Shown one piece after another: positions 36,766 to 50,067 of a stretch of DNA of 64,000 nucleotides. A program made the position numbers and the translations under genes. The stretch is from assembly GCA_973895155.1 (NCBI GenBank), contig OZ316897.1:8331832-8395831 (forward strand). Direction: 5' to 3'. The notes under the pieces were generated by a model. That model was given only the letters and a program-made list of their open reading frames with translations, was not told where the DNA came from and did no database searches. Position 1 is the first letter of the stretch. Each line of letters opens with the position of its first letter. The DNA is from Marsupella aquatica. Taxonomy: Eukaryota > Plantae > Marchantiophyta.

Positions 36766-36930
36766 TTTTATATCAGGTATTTAGTTCCATTTAAGAGGAA
36801 TCAACTAAACTTTTTTGGAGCAATCAACAAATGACATAGGACTGTTACCAGAGCAGAAAGCTGTTGTGGGGACCAACTTTCTCCTTAAACCAAAAAGTTG
36901 GAGGTATATGTTTGATCGGCCCTCTGGTGT

Positions 36931-37854
36931 AACTTTTTTACCTAATGGGTCCCTATAAAATGTTTTTACCTAATAGGCCCCTTGTTACATGTTTGCGTCA
37001 GTTGTTCTTCTAGCAGTCACTCTGACCAATTTTTGCTTGATACAATGATCAACTACGTTTTCAAAAACTCTATGGTCAACCATGACTGTCAGGCGAACTG
37101 CACCATCGAACCCTGCACCCAACCTTGGTCAAACAAAAAGGTCAAATGTGCGGCTAGGGGAACCGCGGAATTGTGGTCGCCGCTACCCAAACTGCGAAGT
37201 GAAGACAATATGGATTATGTCTTCGGATTTGAACCGCGGACGCAGCACAAACTGCAAAGTGAAAACAATATGGATTATGTCTTCATATTTGAATTTCACA
37301 TGCTCCACACAGGGTTTTCTTGACATTGTTGATTTGCGACTATCAGTTCGGAGGATATGTGCGATCGTTATGATCCTGGTACTTCCACTAGCACTTTTTC
37401 TGTCACTGGCCATTGGGTACTTGTTTTTTGTCACTAGGCACTGGGCTCAATCAACAACCTGAAGGTATTGACAAAACCCGAGCATCGACAAAGCCCAAGC
37501 ATTGACAAAACTCGATTGCTTCCCTCCCGCAACACAAAGAATCAAAGAGCAACGATTGTCAGGTAGCGGCAACAACCCTAAACCCCTCACAAGACACAAA
37601 TACATAATGCAATATATCTTCGTGGCTAAACCCGCCCCCGCCCTATTTAGAACCCAGTTTGTCAACTATGTTGTTGGCCGGTTGGTTGGGAGCACAGTTC
37701 ACTATGGCGCAGACTGTGGTGGACCGGATGTACCAGATGTAAACACACTGTGTACAACATAGGGCACCTCACAAGAATAGTGAGTATGGCTCATTAAGAG
37801 GGGGCCTATTAGATAAGAGAAACATTACTAGGGGCCTATTAGGTAAAAAAAGTT
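36931..37854. mobile_element. ~0.9-kb element with imperfect ~55-bp TIRs inserted in a local repeat
   Basis: AACTTTTTTACCTAATGGGTCCCTATAAAATGTTTTTACCTAATAGGCCCCT versus GGGGCCTATTAGATAAGAGAAACATTACTAGGGGCCTATTAGGTAAAAAAAGTT. There is an internal 60-bp duplication at ~37188-37293. The flanking repeat GAGCAGAA..CT.TTGTGGGGAC occurs at ~36851, ~38158 and ~38283. Confidence 0.55.
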
Positions 37855-38810
37855 TAGTAAGACCCATAGGCCCTGAGAGGAGGTATTTGCTTGATTGACC
37901 CCCAAAATGAAACTTGTTACTTGATCGACCCCCTTAGGTCTATGAACGGCCCAGATCTGAGATTGAAAGGTCCATCAAAGGTCCAGATTGGGGAAATGTA
38001 TTAAGGGGGTTGATTAAGCAAACTTTTTCCAGAAGGGGGTCTACTAAGCATATGGGGGCCCCTCAAACATATATATACTTGTGATAACTTATTCCTTATA
38101 TCAAGTAAGTCATTCAATTTAAGAGCAATCAACAAAAGACACAGGCCTCTGTTACAAGAGCAGAACACTGTTGTGGGGACCAACTGTGCTCTTGTAACGT
38201 GAAGATTGCGAGAATTGTTTCCTTATAAGGTACCTCATTCGATTTAAGAGCAATCAACAAAAGGCATAGGACTTTCGTATGAGAGCAGAACACTCTTGTG
38301 GGGACAAACTGTGCTCTTGTAACGCGAAGATCATTATTATAACCACAGTAAAGAATGGGAAGTTGACTTCGGCGCCCATAAAAGTAAGATTCCATTCTTC
38401 CAGAGTTCAGACCATGAGCAACGGAGACCCTGGGCTGTTTAGGATTACGTTCGAGTCGTAAGCATAACTGTGACGTATTTCATTTGATGACATGGGCGGC
38501 TTCTCGATTGAGATCACGGTTTGCCTTCACCGTGACCCACAACCCTGCCAAATGCTGAGATCAGAAAGCCTGTCCACAATCGAGAACTCGAGAAGCTATG
38601 CAGATCTATAAAGTGCTGAGATCAGAAAGCCTGTCTGCAAACGAGAATTCGAGATGCGACTATGTAATCGGACCTTGACGACAGAATTGAGCGAAGATAG
38701 AGGAGAGAGATCGAAAGCAAACAGTTCCCAGAATTCCGGTGACAATCATCCCTTCAATCTTGGATGTATGCAGTGAGAAGCTGTCACTTGGGAGATAGAG
38801 AGAGAGAGTG

Positions 38811-40295
38811 ATGGCAGAGGAATTGGGGAAGCTCGGTGTGGGCGGGCACAGCTTCGATTACGATCTCTTCGTAATCGGGGGAGGGAGTGCGGGAACGCGA
38901 GCGTCCCGCTTCTCTGCGAGCTATGGGGCGAATGTGGCCGTGGTGGAGCTGCCATACAGCCCCGTGAGCACGGAAACGACTCTCGGCGGGTTGGGAGGGA
39001 CGTGCGTGCTCCGCGGCTGCGTTCCCAAGAAGATCTTGGTCTACGGGTCCAGCTTCCGTCCCGAATTCGAGGACGCCAAGGGATTCGGATGGCGCATAGA
39101 CGCGAAGAGCATCGAGTTCGATTGGAAGCACCTGATCGAGAACAAGAGCAGGGAGATTGCGCGGCTGAACGGTGCGTACAAGGGCTTGCTGGTCGGTGCG
39201 GGAGTGACTGTGATGGAGGGCTTCGGGAAACTCCTGGACAAGCACACGGTGGAGGTCAAGCATAGCAGCAATGGTGAGGTGAAGAAGTACACCGCTAATC
39301 ACATCCTTATTGCCACCGGGAGCAGGGCTCAGAGGCTGAACATTCCCGGCAAGGAGCTGGGCATAACCTCGGACGAGGCCCTGAGCTTGAAGGAGCTGCC
39401 CAAGAAGGTTGTCATCATCGGGGGAGGTTACATTGGCGTGGAGTTCGCCGGGATCTTCAACGGAATGGGAGCTGAGGTGCACGTGTTTTATCGGAAGGAT
39501 TTGCCATTGACGGGGTTCGACAAGGAGATGCAGGCCGTCGTTGCCGGCAATCTCGTCAGCAGAGGAATCCATCTGCATCCTCTGACGAACATCGTGGAGC
39601 TGAAGAAGGGTGAGGGGGGAGTCATCATGGCCCTGTCCGACAAGAAGGAGGAATTCTTAGCCGATGCTGTGATGTTTGCCACGGGCAGGAAGCCCAACAG
39701 CAAGTGGTTGAATCTCGAGTCGGCTGGTGTGATTGTGGATCCAAAGTCCGGAACTGTGAAGGTGAATGAATACTCGCAAACAAATGTGCCTAATATCTGG
39801 GGCGCAGGCGACGTGACTGACCGAATTATGCTCACTCCTGTGGTTCTCATGGAAGGCACGGCGTTGGCCAATACTTTGTTCGGTGGGAAGCCCACGAAGC
39901 CTGATTACAAGAATGTTGCTTCTGCTGTGTTTTGCCAGCCTACTCTGGCTGTGGTGGGAATGACGGAGGAGAAAGCAATTGCCCAAGCTACGGGCAACAT
40001 TTGTGTGTACACCGCGAGCTTCAACCCCATGAAGAACACCATCTCGGGCCGACAGGAGAAGACTCACATGAAGCTGATTGTGGACTCGGAAACCGACGTG
40101 GTGCTGGGAGCGTCCATGTGTGGTCCTGATGCCCCTGAGATCATCCAGTGTCTCGCCGTTGCACTGAAGCTAGGAGCCACGAAGACCCAATTCGATTCAA
40201 CTGTTGCCATCCATCCCACCACAGCTGAAGAGTTCGTCACTATGCGCACTCCCACCAGGATTGTAAACCGAGATGGTGAAGTTTCCAAACTCTGA
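38811..40295 (+). CDS. GR: Glutathione reductase, plant cytosolic/peroxisomal (GR1-type), 494 aa, intronless, C-terminal SKL
   Basis: ATG at 38811. [14 protein letters not shown] (FAD), [29 protein letters not shown] (redox disulfide with the plant GR insert), IIGGGYIG (NADPH), [30 protein letters not shown] (His-Glu pair). Ends ...GEVSKL*. Confidence 0.97.
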   Translation: MAEELGKLGVGGHSFDYDLFVIGGGSAGTRASRFSASYGANVAVVELPYSPVSTETTLGGLGGTCVLRGCVPKKILVYGSSFRPEFEDAKGFGWRIDAKSIEFDWKHLIENKSREIARLNGAYKGLLVGAGVTVMEGFGKLLDKHTVEVKHSSNGEVKKYTANHILIATGSRAQRLNIPGKELGITSDEALSLKELPKKVVIIGGGYIGVEFAGIFNGMGAEVHVFYRKDLPLTGFDKEMQAVVAGNLVSRGIHLHPLTNIVELKKGEGGVIMALSDKKEEFLADAVMFATGRKPNSKWLNLESAGVIVDPKSGTVKVNEYSQTNVPNIWGAGDVTDRIMLTPVVLMEGTALANTLFGGKPTKPDYKNVASAVFCQPTLAVVGMTEEKAIAQATGNICVYTASFNPMKNTISGRQEKTHMKLIVDSETDVVLGASMCGPDAPEIIQCLAVALKLGATKTQFDSTVAIHPTTAEEFVTMRTPTRIVNRDGEVSKL

Positions 40296-43200
40296 AGAAG
40301 AAATACTTTGAAACATATTCACTTTCTCATAAAGTCCTAATTAATCTTTGCCATCAAGAAGGACCTTGTTCGGTGTCTCGGCCTACGGTACTCGTCACCA
40401 GAGAAATTCCCGTAGGACTAGCATTGAGTTGAATGTACATATTCTTCTCCCAATTTATAAAACGGAGAGCGTCAGTCAAATGCTGTAACTGACTGGCCTG
40501 TCGGTGGGCCTCGAGAAGAAACCCGAGGCAAGGTTGACCCCGCGGAATTGGGACAGGAACAGAGTGGGGCAAGGGTCTAGTATATGTATCTCGCCATCGA
40601 CTTCGTTAATTTGTATTTCGTTGGAGAGTAGATTGGATTGCGACTTCTCCCATAATTTCTAAAGCCTTCAGCACGCCTTCGGTGCCCCTCCTCTGTTGCG
40701 CCTGTGCAGTTCGGACGCAATGAGGGTACAGTTTATCTCAAATATAGAAAGATAGCATTGATCAATCTCAGACCGAGGATTTGGTTGCTTCAGTGCTTTA
40801 TGAATTAAATTGAACAGCCCGAACAGCCCTCAGACAGCTGTCACATAAAATCGGACTTCGGTTGATACAGCCGTGACTGGAGAGCAAGTACTATAGAGCA
40901 AGTCTCCCGATTGTCTCTCGGATTACAAGAACTCTGGACCACTTGAATCATAGATAGCCTGTGGGAGATCAAACTTAAGTTCGTTGCTCCTGTGTTCACA
41001 CCCCTAAAATTTGGTTCTCAAGGGCATGGAAGAAACAAAAGGAAAGCGAGCAGGCAAATTTATCCCAAACGCTTCGGAGCAAAACGTGCTGTTTCCTAGC
41101 TCCATAGAAAACAATTGCATGTGGAAAGCTGGACCTTCTTGTTCCCAAGAGAGAATGCTCCGCACCAATTCTTTTTCGTTTTCGAAATACTTCGGGGATG
41201 GTGTCTAAGGCCCAGGAAAGGTGAGCAGAAGGCCAAAGTGGGAACGAGAGACAATGAATTCCTCTATAAACGAGCGACATTGGATCTTGATGTGAAGAAA
41301 AGGGGTAATGTCACAAGATGTATACGTCGAGACATTTTGGGTCTTGGAAGCTACTGTAACCAAAAATGATTTGGTCAGGTGGCTTCATTGCTTGGCTTCA
41401 TTGCTAGAATTTATTTCCTGCCATCGTGCATAGCAACCTACAAAGTTATTTATCTTTGGAGAATGCAAAACTCCTGTCATCGAGCTTTTGCAGAAACCTG
41501 TTTGACAACCATAGAAGAGTACTTGGGTTGTCAGACTCTGTAACATTGCTGCGAAAACAGATCAAGAGGCTCTGAAGTCTTCTCATTTTTTTCTCTTTTC
41601 TTGCCTTTTGTTTCGGACGATTGGTGGCCTTGTTTTACAGCCGTTTTAGTATGGCAATTCTCAGGGATCTTGTCAGTTCAGATCCCACTCAAGACGGTCG
41701 ATTGAGTTAGTGCACAAAGCTAGGTAAGATTCGTCTGTGCTTTTGCATTGCACTGAGGACCAACGACTTCTTCAATTGAAACAGTTCTTTCGAATTTCTT
41801 GGGGCTCCTCTCTGTTGAATAGCATACCCAATAAACAGATCTAATCTTCCAGAATCTTCATATGGGTTGTGCCTAAAATCAGCACATTCTCTCCGTTATT
41901 TCGACACCAAATGCCATCTGCTCGGAAATACTTCAATCCTTCTTTTGCAGTCATCGATGAACACATCGCTGAAGTGGTGGATATTCTTCAGTTTTTCTAG
42001 CTTATCTCTTTGGAACTGCAAAATAGACAAAAGACGTGCCAGATCTTCCATCATTGCTGATAGGTCATGAAATCCATTGACATGGAATGAACAGATGCAA
42101 TTGAGAGGATTCGCTTCGCACAGCAGCTCTTGGGGTTTTCCCCCATAATTCCACCCTTTGATTGAAGCCAGTGTTTGTCTGAATCATCCCCTAAACAGAT
42201 TCTAAATTTGTGGTAGGGATTATAGACCCCCGCTTAGACCATAATTATTGCACAAGAGAGTGACTTGTAGAGATGATTGTCATATTGAGGCTCTAGTCAA
42301 TGTAATTTGTGCTGACATGGGTAGGGGTCTCTTGATGCAAATGCTCATCAAATATGTTGTGTAGCACTGCTAGTGGCAAGTTCAGTTAGCAGGGAGGCAT
42401 ACCTTGCAAGCATGAGGTATTTTACCCAACCTCACCCATGCTTGGCCCGGCTAAGTTGGGTGTAAGAGGGGCCCTTGCTTGCAAACTCTGAAAACAAGAG
42501 GCATGACTCCTACAACTCCTGAAGTGAGTGTCTGCAACATGGCCTTGCATGAACATTACATGGGACTCTTTGTGTGCACCCATCTTGTTTCCCATTTCTT
42601 CTCCCTTCAGATGGACACAAAGTGATTCTTTCCTAGCTTGAGCCCTCACTACCGTCAGGAAAAACTATCAATCCTGCTATCAATCCAATGATGCAGTGAG
42701 GCTGAACAATAGAGCCCTTTGGTCAAGCTTTGTTGAGGGCAGTTTATTGTACGAAGTGGCAAGAACCCAATTGCCTTGGCCACAGAATCCAAGTTCCCCT
42801 TTTGTTGGCACAGAGTAACAAAACCTTTTGAGACTTCTTGGACCAAGTTTGAGCCTTGGGTAGAAGTCACAAAGCCTAGCAAGCAGACCCCATAGCCTCA
42901 TAATTTGCTTTTGTGTATATTTTCAAATGTTTAAGAATCTCTCGAGATTTATACATCAGTTTAGTATTTATACAAATTGGGTGTCTCAAAGGTCCACATA
43001 CAGTAGATAACTTGAGAGCATTGGTTCCCAACACAATACTCATGAAATTTGAAATCTGTGTTCTGTTGAACTTTGAAATCTGTGTTTAGCTAGAACTCAG
43101 AGCAGTTACGAGACAATGTTTATGACCAGAACCTGTTCGTCATATTGCCTTAGAATTGAGATACCTTAATTAATACTTAAATAACAAGTAACACATAGTG

Positions 43201-43987
43201 TTTACTCAAGTTTTCACTTTTATTTTGAAAGCAATCATTTGCTGAAACAAATTTGTTTGTTGGCATTGTTTGATTCCAAACTGCTTAGAGTCTCATTCCA
43301 TGTTGGGGCCCATCTATCATCCTCCAAACAATGATCCGTTTGGGACTGAGCCATCCCAATAAAGCAGACTTTAGAGAGGTAGCAGTGCAGTTGAGTCATC
43401 TCCAAACTTTGGATGGCATCTAGCAATTATGGCAGATTTGAGGGTAGGGCGCCTTCATATGGCTTGTTAGAAGCCTTTACTCCATGGGCCCTCAAGTAAG
43501 GTTAAGCTGCTTTGCCATTCTATCTCCAAAATTCAAGGGAATGATTGCTGGGTTTGGGTTTCAGGGGTACCCTCAAAGTTTACTTGGGACTAGCCAGACC
43601 ATCCACTTTGCTTCCTTCCCCTGAAGAGGATATGGGCTCGCCAATGGGCTGATAGAATAAAGGCCTCCGAGCACTTCCACCAGTCTACCAAACAGAGCGG
43701 CCAAGAGCATTTCTAGCAGGCTTGGCTTGCCATAGCCAAAACATGGTTTCCCACCGTCAGTTTCCCTGTAACAAAAGCTTGGCTTCCTTGCCCTGCCTTT
43801 TCCCACTCTGCCCGGACACTCCTCCACTTGACAAGCAGCCCCGGAAATCCCTTGATGTGACTAGCATTGTGCCTGGACATCCAAGATTGGACGTGAGCAT
43901 ATAAATCCCCGGGCTACAGATGGTCATGCACACAAATTCGGATGTGTAATTTGCTTTTACTCGAGCGGACCAATGGGGTTCACACTG

Positions 43988-44152
43988 TTGAGGTAGGACT
44001 TGATTTGGGCACAACAGGCCTTGCCACTTGGCTAAACCTTCAAATGGTGGGGTAGTATGGCAATGGGATTGACTCTCTTGAGGTAGGACTTGATTTGGGC
44101 ACAACAGGCTTTGCCACTTGGCTAAACCTTCAAATGGTGGTGTAGTATGGCA
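43988..44152. repeat. Tandem duplication, 90 bp x 2
   Basis: TTGAGGTAGGACTTGATTTGGGCACAACAGGC.TTGCCACTTGGCTAAACCTTCAAATGGTGG.GTAGTATGGCA occurs twice. Confidence 0.9.
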
Positions 44153-47100
44153 TACTGGCAGGAATGGTGTTTTTAGCAAGCCATTCTGAGCCACTTGTAA
44201 GTCAGGGCTAGCTGCCCTCTCCAGCTTCAGTGCATCCCAGGATCTGGGAGATTTTTTGTGCACTTTTTTTTGGTGGGGGCCAACAGGTAGAGTAGGGCAC
44301 TGAAGGTGACAAGTGTGCCGTCCCTACCTCTCATGCTTGCCATTGGCTGCAGTCATGATAAGACCCTGATGGGCACACTTGATGCTATGACTGCCATCCA
44401 TCTCCATCCGGGCAGGCATGGATGATATTCGGGCACCCATCTGTGGGCACAAGCACAAAGGAAAAAAAAAGAAAAAGATATCACTGATGAAACTTTCAGA
44501 CCAAGAGTCAACTTGCATGTCATTGGCCCTAGAATTTTGTGGCCTTGCTAGCAAAGAGCAGATTACACTGTCCGAGTAAATAATAAGTGTGTGTTGCTTG
44601 TCGTTTGCAACGAAAGATCATATAGGGCACTGCACCTACCAGTAGTTGTTGCTCCTCTCTTCAAATTGTCGAGTTTGTGCTTATATTTTATTATAAAGAT
44701 TGAGGTTGGGATGTGCAAGGGCCAGAAAATTGTCTCCCCTGCTTTTGCCTGCAAAATTTCTGCCATCAGGCCTGGCACTTGGGGTGGTTTCTGTCGCTCA
44801 GTGATAAGGTCCGCGCTCAGTGGAGGGTCATATTGTGCAAACTACTCACCCATGTGAGTTGGGCCTAAGCAAGGTAATTGTTAATTCTAGCCAGGTGGCA
44901 AATGTCAACCTTTTGTGATGTGAATGAGATACTATTTTTTATTTCACTTTTGACCTTTAGACCTCCCAGGTTTAAGGACAATCATCATATTCTGGCCAGC
45001 GAGTCTACCGCTAGGTCGAAAATTAGCTACGCAAATACAGAAAAGTCATTGACAAATGGAATTTGGCCAAAAAATTGCTAAAATTGGCGAAGAATTTTTA
45101 GAGGGTGAAAAGAAAACGTTGACACCCAGCTCACGGTTTTGGGCAAAAGAAACAATCTTAGATACGTGTCATTGATCGAACTCGGGCACAGACAAACACA
45201 AATAATAACACGTGTCACGTATCGAACTTACCTCAGCCACAATGTACATGCACATGCATGCGCATGCTATTTCCGCCCGTGCACATCCGCGACTACTTTA
45301 TTTTGTGGTGGGACCCATAGGCTGCCATTTGTCACCCTTTGGGTGTGGATGTGTGTCATATCGACGGCCCGCAGTAGCGTACGGTGAACGGATCCTTTGA
45401 GAGCCGGTGGCAACGGCGGTAGACTGACGCAGTTCATTGATTCGGTTAGGTGCAATTTACGTTATTATGTCATACCCCAAATTAATCCAAATTAGACGAA
45501 CTTACTAAGTTGTCACATAAAAGTAATTTAATTATTATATTGTACGCTTGCAAGGAGTGAAATTACCATGATCATTCAAATAGTTGAAATGTGCAGCTAC
45601 GGCTGATCTACTAGGACAGTTTACTAATTAGATTTATTTTGCGGGCAACTTAAGAGGATTGTACAGAGGGTACCTGAGTAAAACCAGGTGGCCAACATCT
45701 TTACCGAAAATTTAGCAATACAAAGGGAAAATTTAAGATTTGGGACCAACTTATTGGCATGGCTAAACCCTTGGTTGCCAGATACAATGGTCTAATCTTT
45801 GAAGATTTGTCAGTATAGTTTAAATATGCTAGCATGAAGACTTTCACAAGATCTGGCTTTGTATTTCGTAGGGCATTTTTGTGGGGTATTTTGTAGGGCA
45901 TTATATATCACCCTGCCAAAGAATAAAAATGTCAAACCAGGAGACATGATCCAAAAGGCAAAAGAAGGGGGGAAAGAGGAAAAGGGAAAGACCCCAAGAA
46001 AACAAAGAGCCCCCCACCCCAAGCATGAGGTCCCCCATCAAAGGCAAAAGAACAAAAGGCCCACTCATTAATAGATGGATAATACTTTGTATGCCTTCCA
46101 TCATCTCGCCCATTTAGGGTCAAATGAGCCTCTAACCTCTAACAAGAGCATATAGGGGTTGATTTTGGAGGGATGGCTTCCTAGCAATGGCCCTTATCCC
46201 TAAATAAATGGTGGACAACCTCCATTTTCACAACCCTAATCTCTATATTTGGTAGAAATGGCAGCCAGGAGAGATCCTTCTATCCGAACCTCTATTCCAA
46301 TCTACGTCAAAGATTCCTCCACCACATGATCACAAGATCCTGACTATACTTGAGATTTTTACCTAGGTATGACATCACATCACTTTGGAGATGATAGAGA
46401 TTAAAGAAAGGGGGGAACAGCTAGTGACTAAATTCAATATGAGAGCTCTTTACCCCTCGGGCGGCGTTTGTCCCCGGGGGTGGTTCTGGGGTTGGGGCCC
46501 CTATCTCCCCACATTGAAGAAAAAAATTCAAAAATTAAAATGAAAGCTCTTTGAATTTTAAAGTCCTCCAAATAAATGCCAAACTGGGTTAAGGTTACTG
46601 GCATGTAACCATTTATGGAGGTCTTGCTATTTCCATAATCTACTACCCAGGTCAACTTGTTTTTGTACCACTTACTAGGGTGTCTCAAACCTGTAGATCT
46701 GCAAAAATATCCCTGGTGCAAACTATCAGTTTCGCTTTGCCCTCACAAGTATTAGAAAAGGTTTTTGTATCTGCCACTTTAGTTTTGGGAAAATGACCTT
46801 GATGCAACTAGACACAAATCAGAAGGTTCTAGTTTCTAGCCTATGACCAAAATGCTCAGAAAAGCTTCCTGGTCACAAATTAGGGCGTCTCAAACCTTTG
46901 AGTTTCACGGCAAAAACTTGGCCCAAAACTACCAATTTCAGTCTCCGGTTAGGAGTGTGCGTATTCTCTCTTTAGGGTCCATCACCATTTTTTTTGCGGG
47001 GGGCAATTTGCCTTTGACCACAATCCTAAACTATAATACAAGGTTGCACCTTTTTATGAAGTGATCGTCATTCAAATTTGCAGTGTCCAAAAAATATTAA

Positions 47101-47899
47101 TCATGTCAAAGAGAAAGAATAAAGGTTATATTAAACTTAGTGTGCACCAAAAAAGTAATGAATGCATTCCAAACAAGAAGGGAATCAAATGGGAGACACA
47201 AAAGGAGGGAGCCAATGCTGGAGCCAATGGGGCACACAAAACAAGAGAGGGAATGTACATGCATGACTATCAAGGAGGTTCCTAACCCATACACATGAAA
47301 TATAAAAATACATAATATATATGATATTATGTATTACTGCAAGTATTACAATATTAAAAAATATAATAATGATAGTAATTTAATTAAAATATGTTAATTA
47401 AACACAATAGGTTAGATGACAAGGACAATGTCAAAAGCTAGAATACAATTTTACTTTTTTTTATAGTAGTCATTCAAATTTGTAATATCCCCAAAATAAA
47501 AAACATGAAAGAATGATTTCCTTTGTGAATGAAAATGGAGAGCAATGTTTCCAAGCAAAAAATGAATTGAATAGTACAAAGAAAATAAGGAGGGTCTCTA
47601 GCAATGCAAGAGTATCAAGGAGACCTCTCTTTACCACTATAATCCTGATCCAGTCCCTTTACAAACTAAAAAAAAGTGACAATCAATCTTGAATGTTCAT
47701 CAAAACATAATTTTCTCCACACCATAACATCTATCCATACACCCCTTCTAAAAATAAATTCCTGCCCAAGTTACCCTTTAACTTTCCCATACCTGCCACA
47801 ATGAAAAAATTTAATCAAAATTTAATTAAATTTATTCATATATAAATAATTCTAATTTTTTTGAAATAATTTCAAATATAAATAAAATAGAGATAAAAT

Positions 47900-49115
47900 A
47901 TTTTCTCAAGACGTCTTTTCTTCATATTAAGATCTTCTCACCTCAAGATCTTTGCTCATCTTGACATATTTTCCTCACCTTGAGATCTTTTCTCACCTCG
48001 ACATATATATTATATTTGTGTCATTTTGCCATATTTTTTTCACCTGGCCATTTTTTTTCACCTGGCCATCTTTATCTCACCACAACATCTTTCTTCACCC
48101 TCGACATTTTTTTCATCCTGTCATCTTTTTCTCATCTCGCCATCTTTTCTCTCCTTGACATATTTTTCTCACCTCAGAATGTTCTTCTCTAATGTGACAT
48201 CTTTTTCTCACCTTACCATCTTTTCTCTCCTTGACATATTTTTCTCAGCTTGAAATGTTTTTCTCTTATCGACATCTTTTCTCACCTTGATAAATTTTCT
48301 CACCTTAACATGCATCATTTGTGCAATGCACAGGTATCAGGCCCGAGATGTACTTAACAACATCTTTAACTTCACAACATCTTTGAGTAATGACATACTT
48401 TATCTATTGACCATTTTGTACTTAACAACATCTTAATAGTTAGCGACATTTTTGGCATAACGACATCATTGCCGACATGACATCTACTTACTTGACACAA
48501 TTTTTTACTTGATGACCTTTTGGGCAACATGCCATCTTTGGCAAAATGACTTATTTTTCTTAACAACATATTTTTATTTTATGACATCTTTTACATAAGA
48601 ACATCATTCTTGGGAAACACAACATATAATTCTCTTAAGAGCATTTTGGGTGCCACAACACTTTCCTCTTAGCAACATCTTGGGGGACACTACATCTTGG
48701 ACGCCACAACATCTGTTTTCTTAACAATATCTTGGGCGCCATGATATCTTTATTTTAATGACATTTTGGGCGACACAACATCTTTTTTCTTAACAACATT
48801 TTTTGTGCAATGCATAGGTATTTTCCCTCAACAATGTCTTGGCCGACACAACATCTTTTCCCTCAATGATGTCTTTGCCGAGACAATATCTTTTTTTCAA
48901 CGACATCTTGGCCGACATGACAACTTTTTTTTCAACGACCTCTTGGCCAACACGACATCTTTTTTTCTCAACGATTTCTTTCTCTCAATGACCTCTTGGC
49001 CCACATGACATCTTTTCTCTCCACAACCTCTTGGCCGACAAGACATCTTTTCTCTCAATGACCTCTTGGCCGACACAACATCTTTTTTTTCTTAACAACA
49101 TCTTAACCGACACTA
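47900..49115. repeat. Degenerate pyrimidine-rich minisatellite (~18-38-bp units), probably transposon subterminal repeats
   Basis: Recurrent TTTTCTCACCTTGACAT units (47900-48310) and TCTTGGCCGACACAACATCTTTTTTCTCAA units (48650-49115). Confidence 0.8.
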
Positions 49116-50067
49116 CTTCTTTTGTGCAACGCAAAAGTATTGATCTAGTAAGAGACAGAAAGAAGAGATTTGAGACGACCCTATTAGCCTCTGTCCACGT
49201 ACTCATTATCTTGTACATTTTGAATTTAGAGGTCACTTACCCCTAAACCATTGAAAATCGTCTAAGGTCAAATCGTGTGAGGCATGGGAGGTCCAGCTGC
49301 CGTTCCTCGGCCGTCGGGATGACGGCTGACGGCACCCGACGGTGCAGCGGAGCCCCCCGATTGAGACACGTCAATCGGATGGCTGCTTCAGTGTGACAGC
49401 CTTCGAGACCATTCTCCCACCTGCGGGACGATTCTTGCGACGGCCGAAATGTATGGCTGCCAAGCGAGGCCTGGGATTGCTGGCGGCATCGAAAGCCCAA
49501 AGGTTCTGGAGTGATCACGAATTTTTTGTGCCCGAAAAATCCAGCACAGGCAATTTTTTGTTCAAGTTTTCGTGCTGTAGAGGCTTCTTTGTGAGGTTAT
49601 AGTCTGTGGCGCGATCGACGAGCTTGGAGATGCGGCGGTGAGCGAGGGAAGTGTCAAGGTTGCGGCTGCTGCTCATGTGAGTCGGTGGAGATTGAATTCA
49701 GTGAATGGATTTGGTGCGCTGGTGGTGATGAACTGGTAGAAGGAAAGATTAGGGCAAACGGAGCTCAATTGGGAGTATGGGAACTTGGACTGAGAATGCT
49801 TGGTGGGCAGTAGATCGGAATGTGTTCAGATTGTCCAAATTCGCGCAGGATGGGGCTCGAAGTACCGTTCCCTGGTCTACAGTATCGTCGCTGCGTTGTT
49901 GCCGGATGGATGCAGCATAACGAATCTGGAGGTTGACATTCGACAGGATTCTCGTCAACTGACGGCTCCATTCAAATAAGATATTTTAGAAAAAGATTTA
50001 GCAAAATAGATAGAGAGAGGGAGGGAGGGAAGGATTGGAGAGAGTTGGTGACAGTCTGCCTGGTTGC

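Noticed and set aside
38784-39578. 264-aa ORF antisense to GR
   Set aside because: Shadow ORF expected from the high-GC3 codon usage of the sense gene.
38811-40295. Bacterial horizontal transfer as the origin of the intronless GR
   Set aside because: It carries plant cytosolic-GR-specific sequence signatures and a PTS1; retroposition is more parsimonious, and a phylogeny would settle it.
42400-44560. Possible degenerate retroelement (LINE-like) coding remnant around the 90-bp duplication
   Set aside because: Translations are full of stops and no RT, endonuclease or integrase motif was identifiable by eye.
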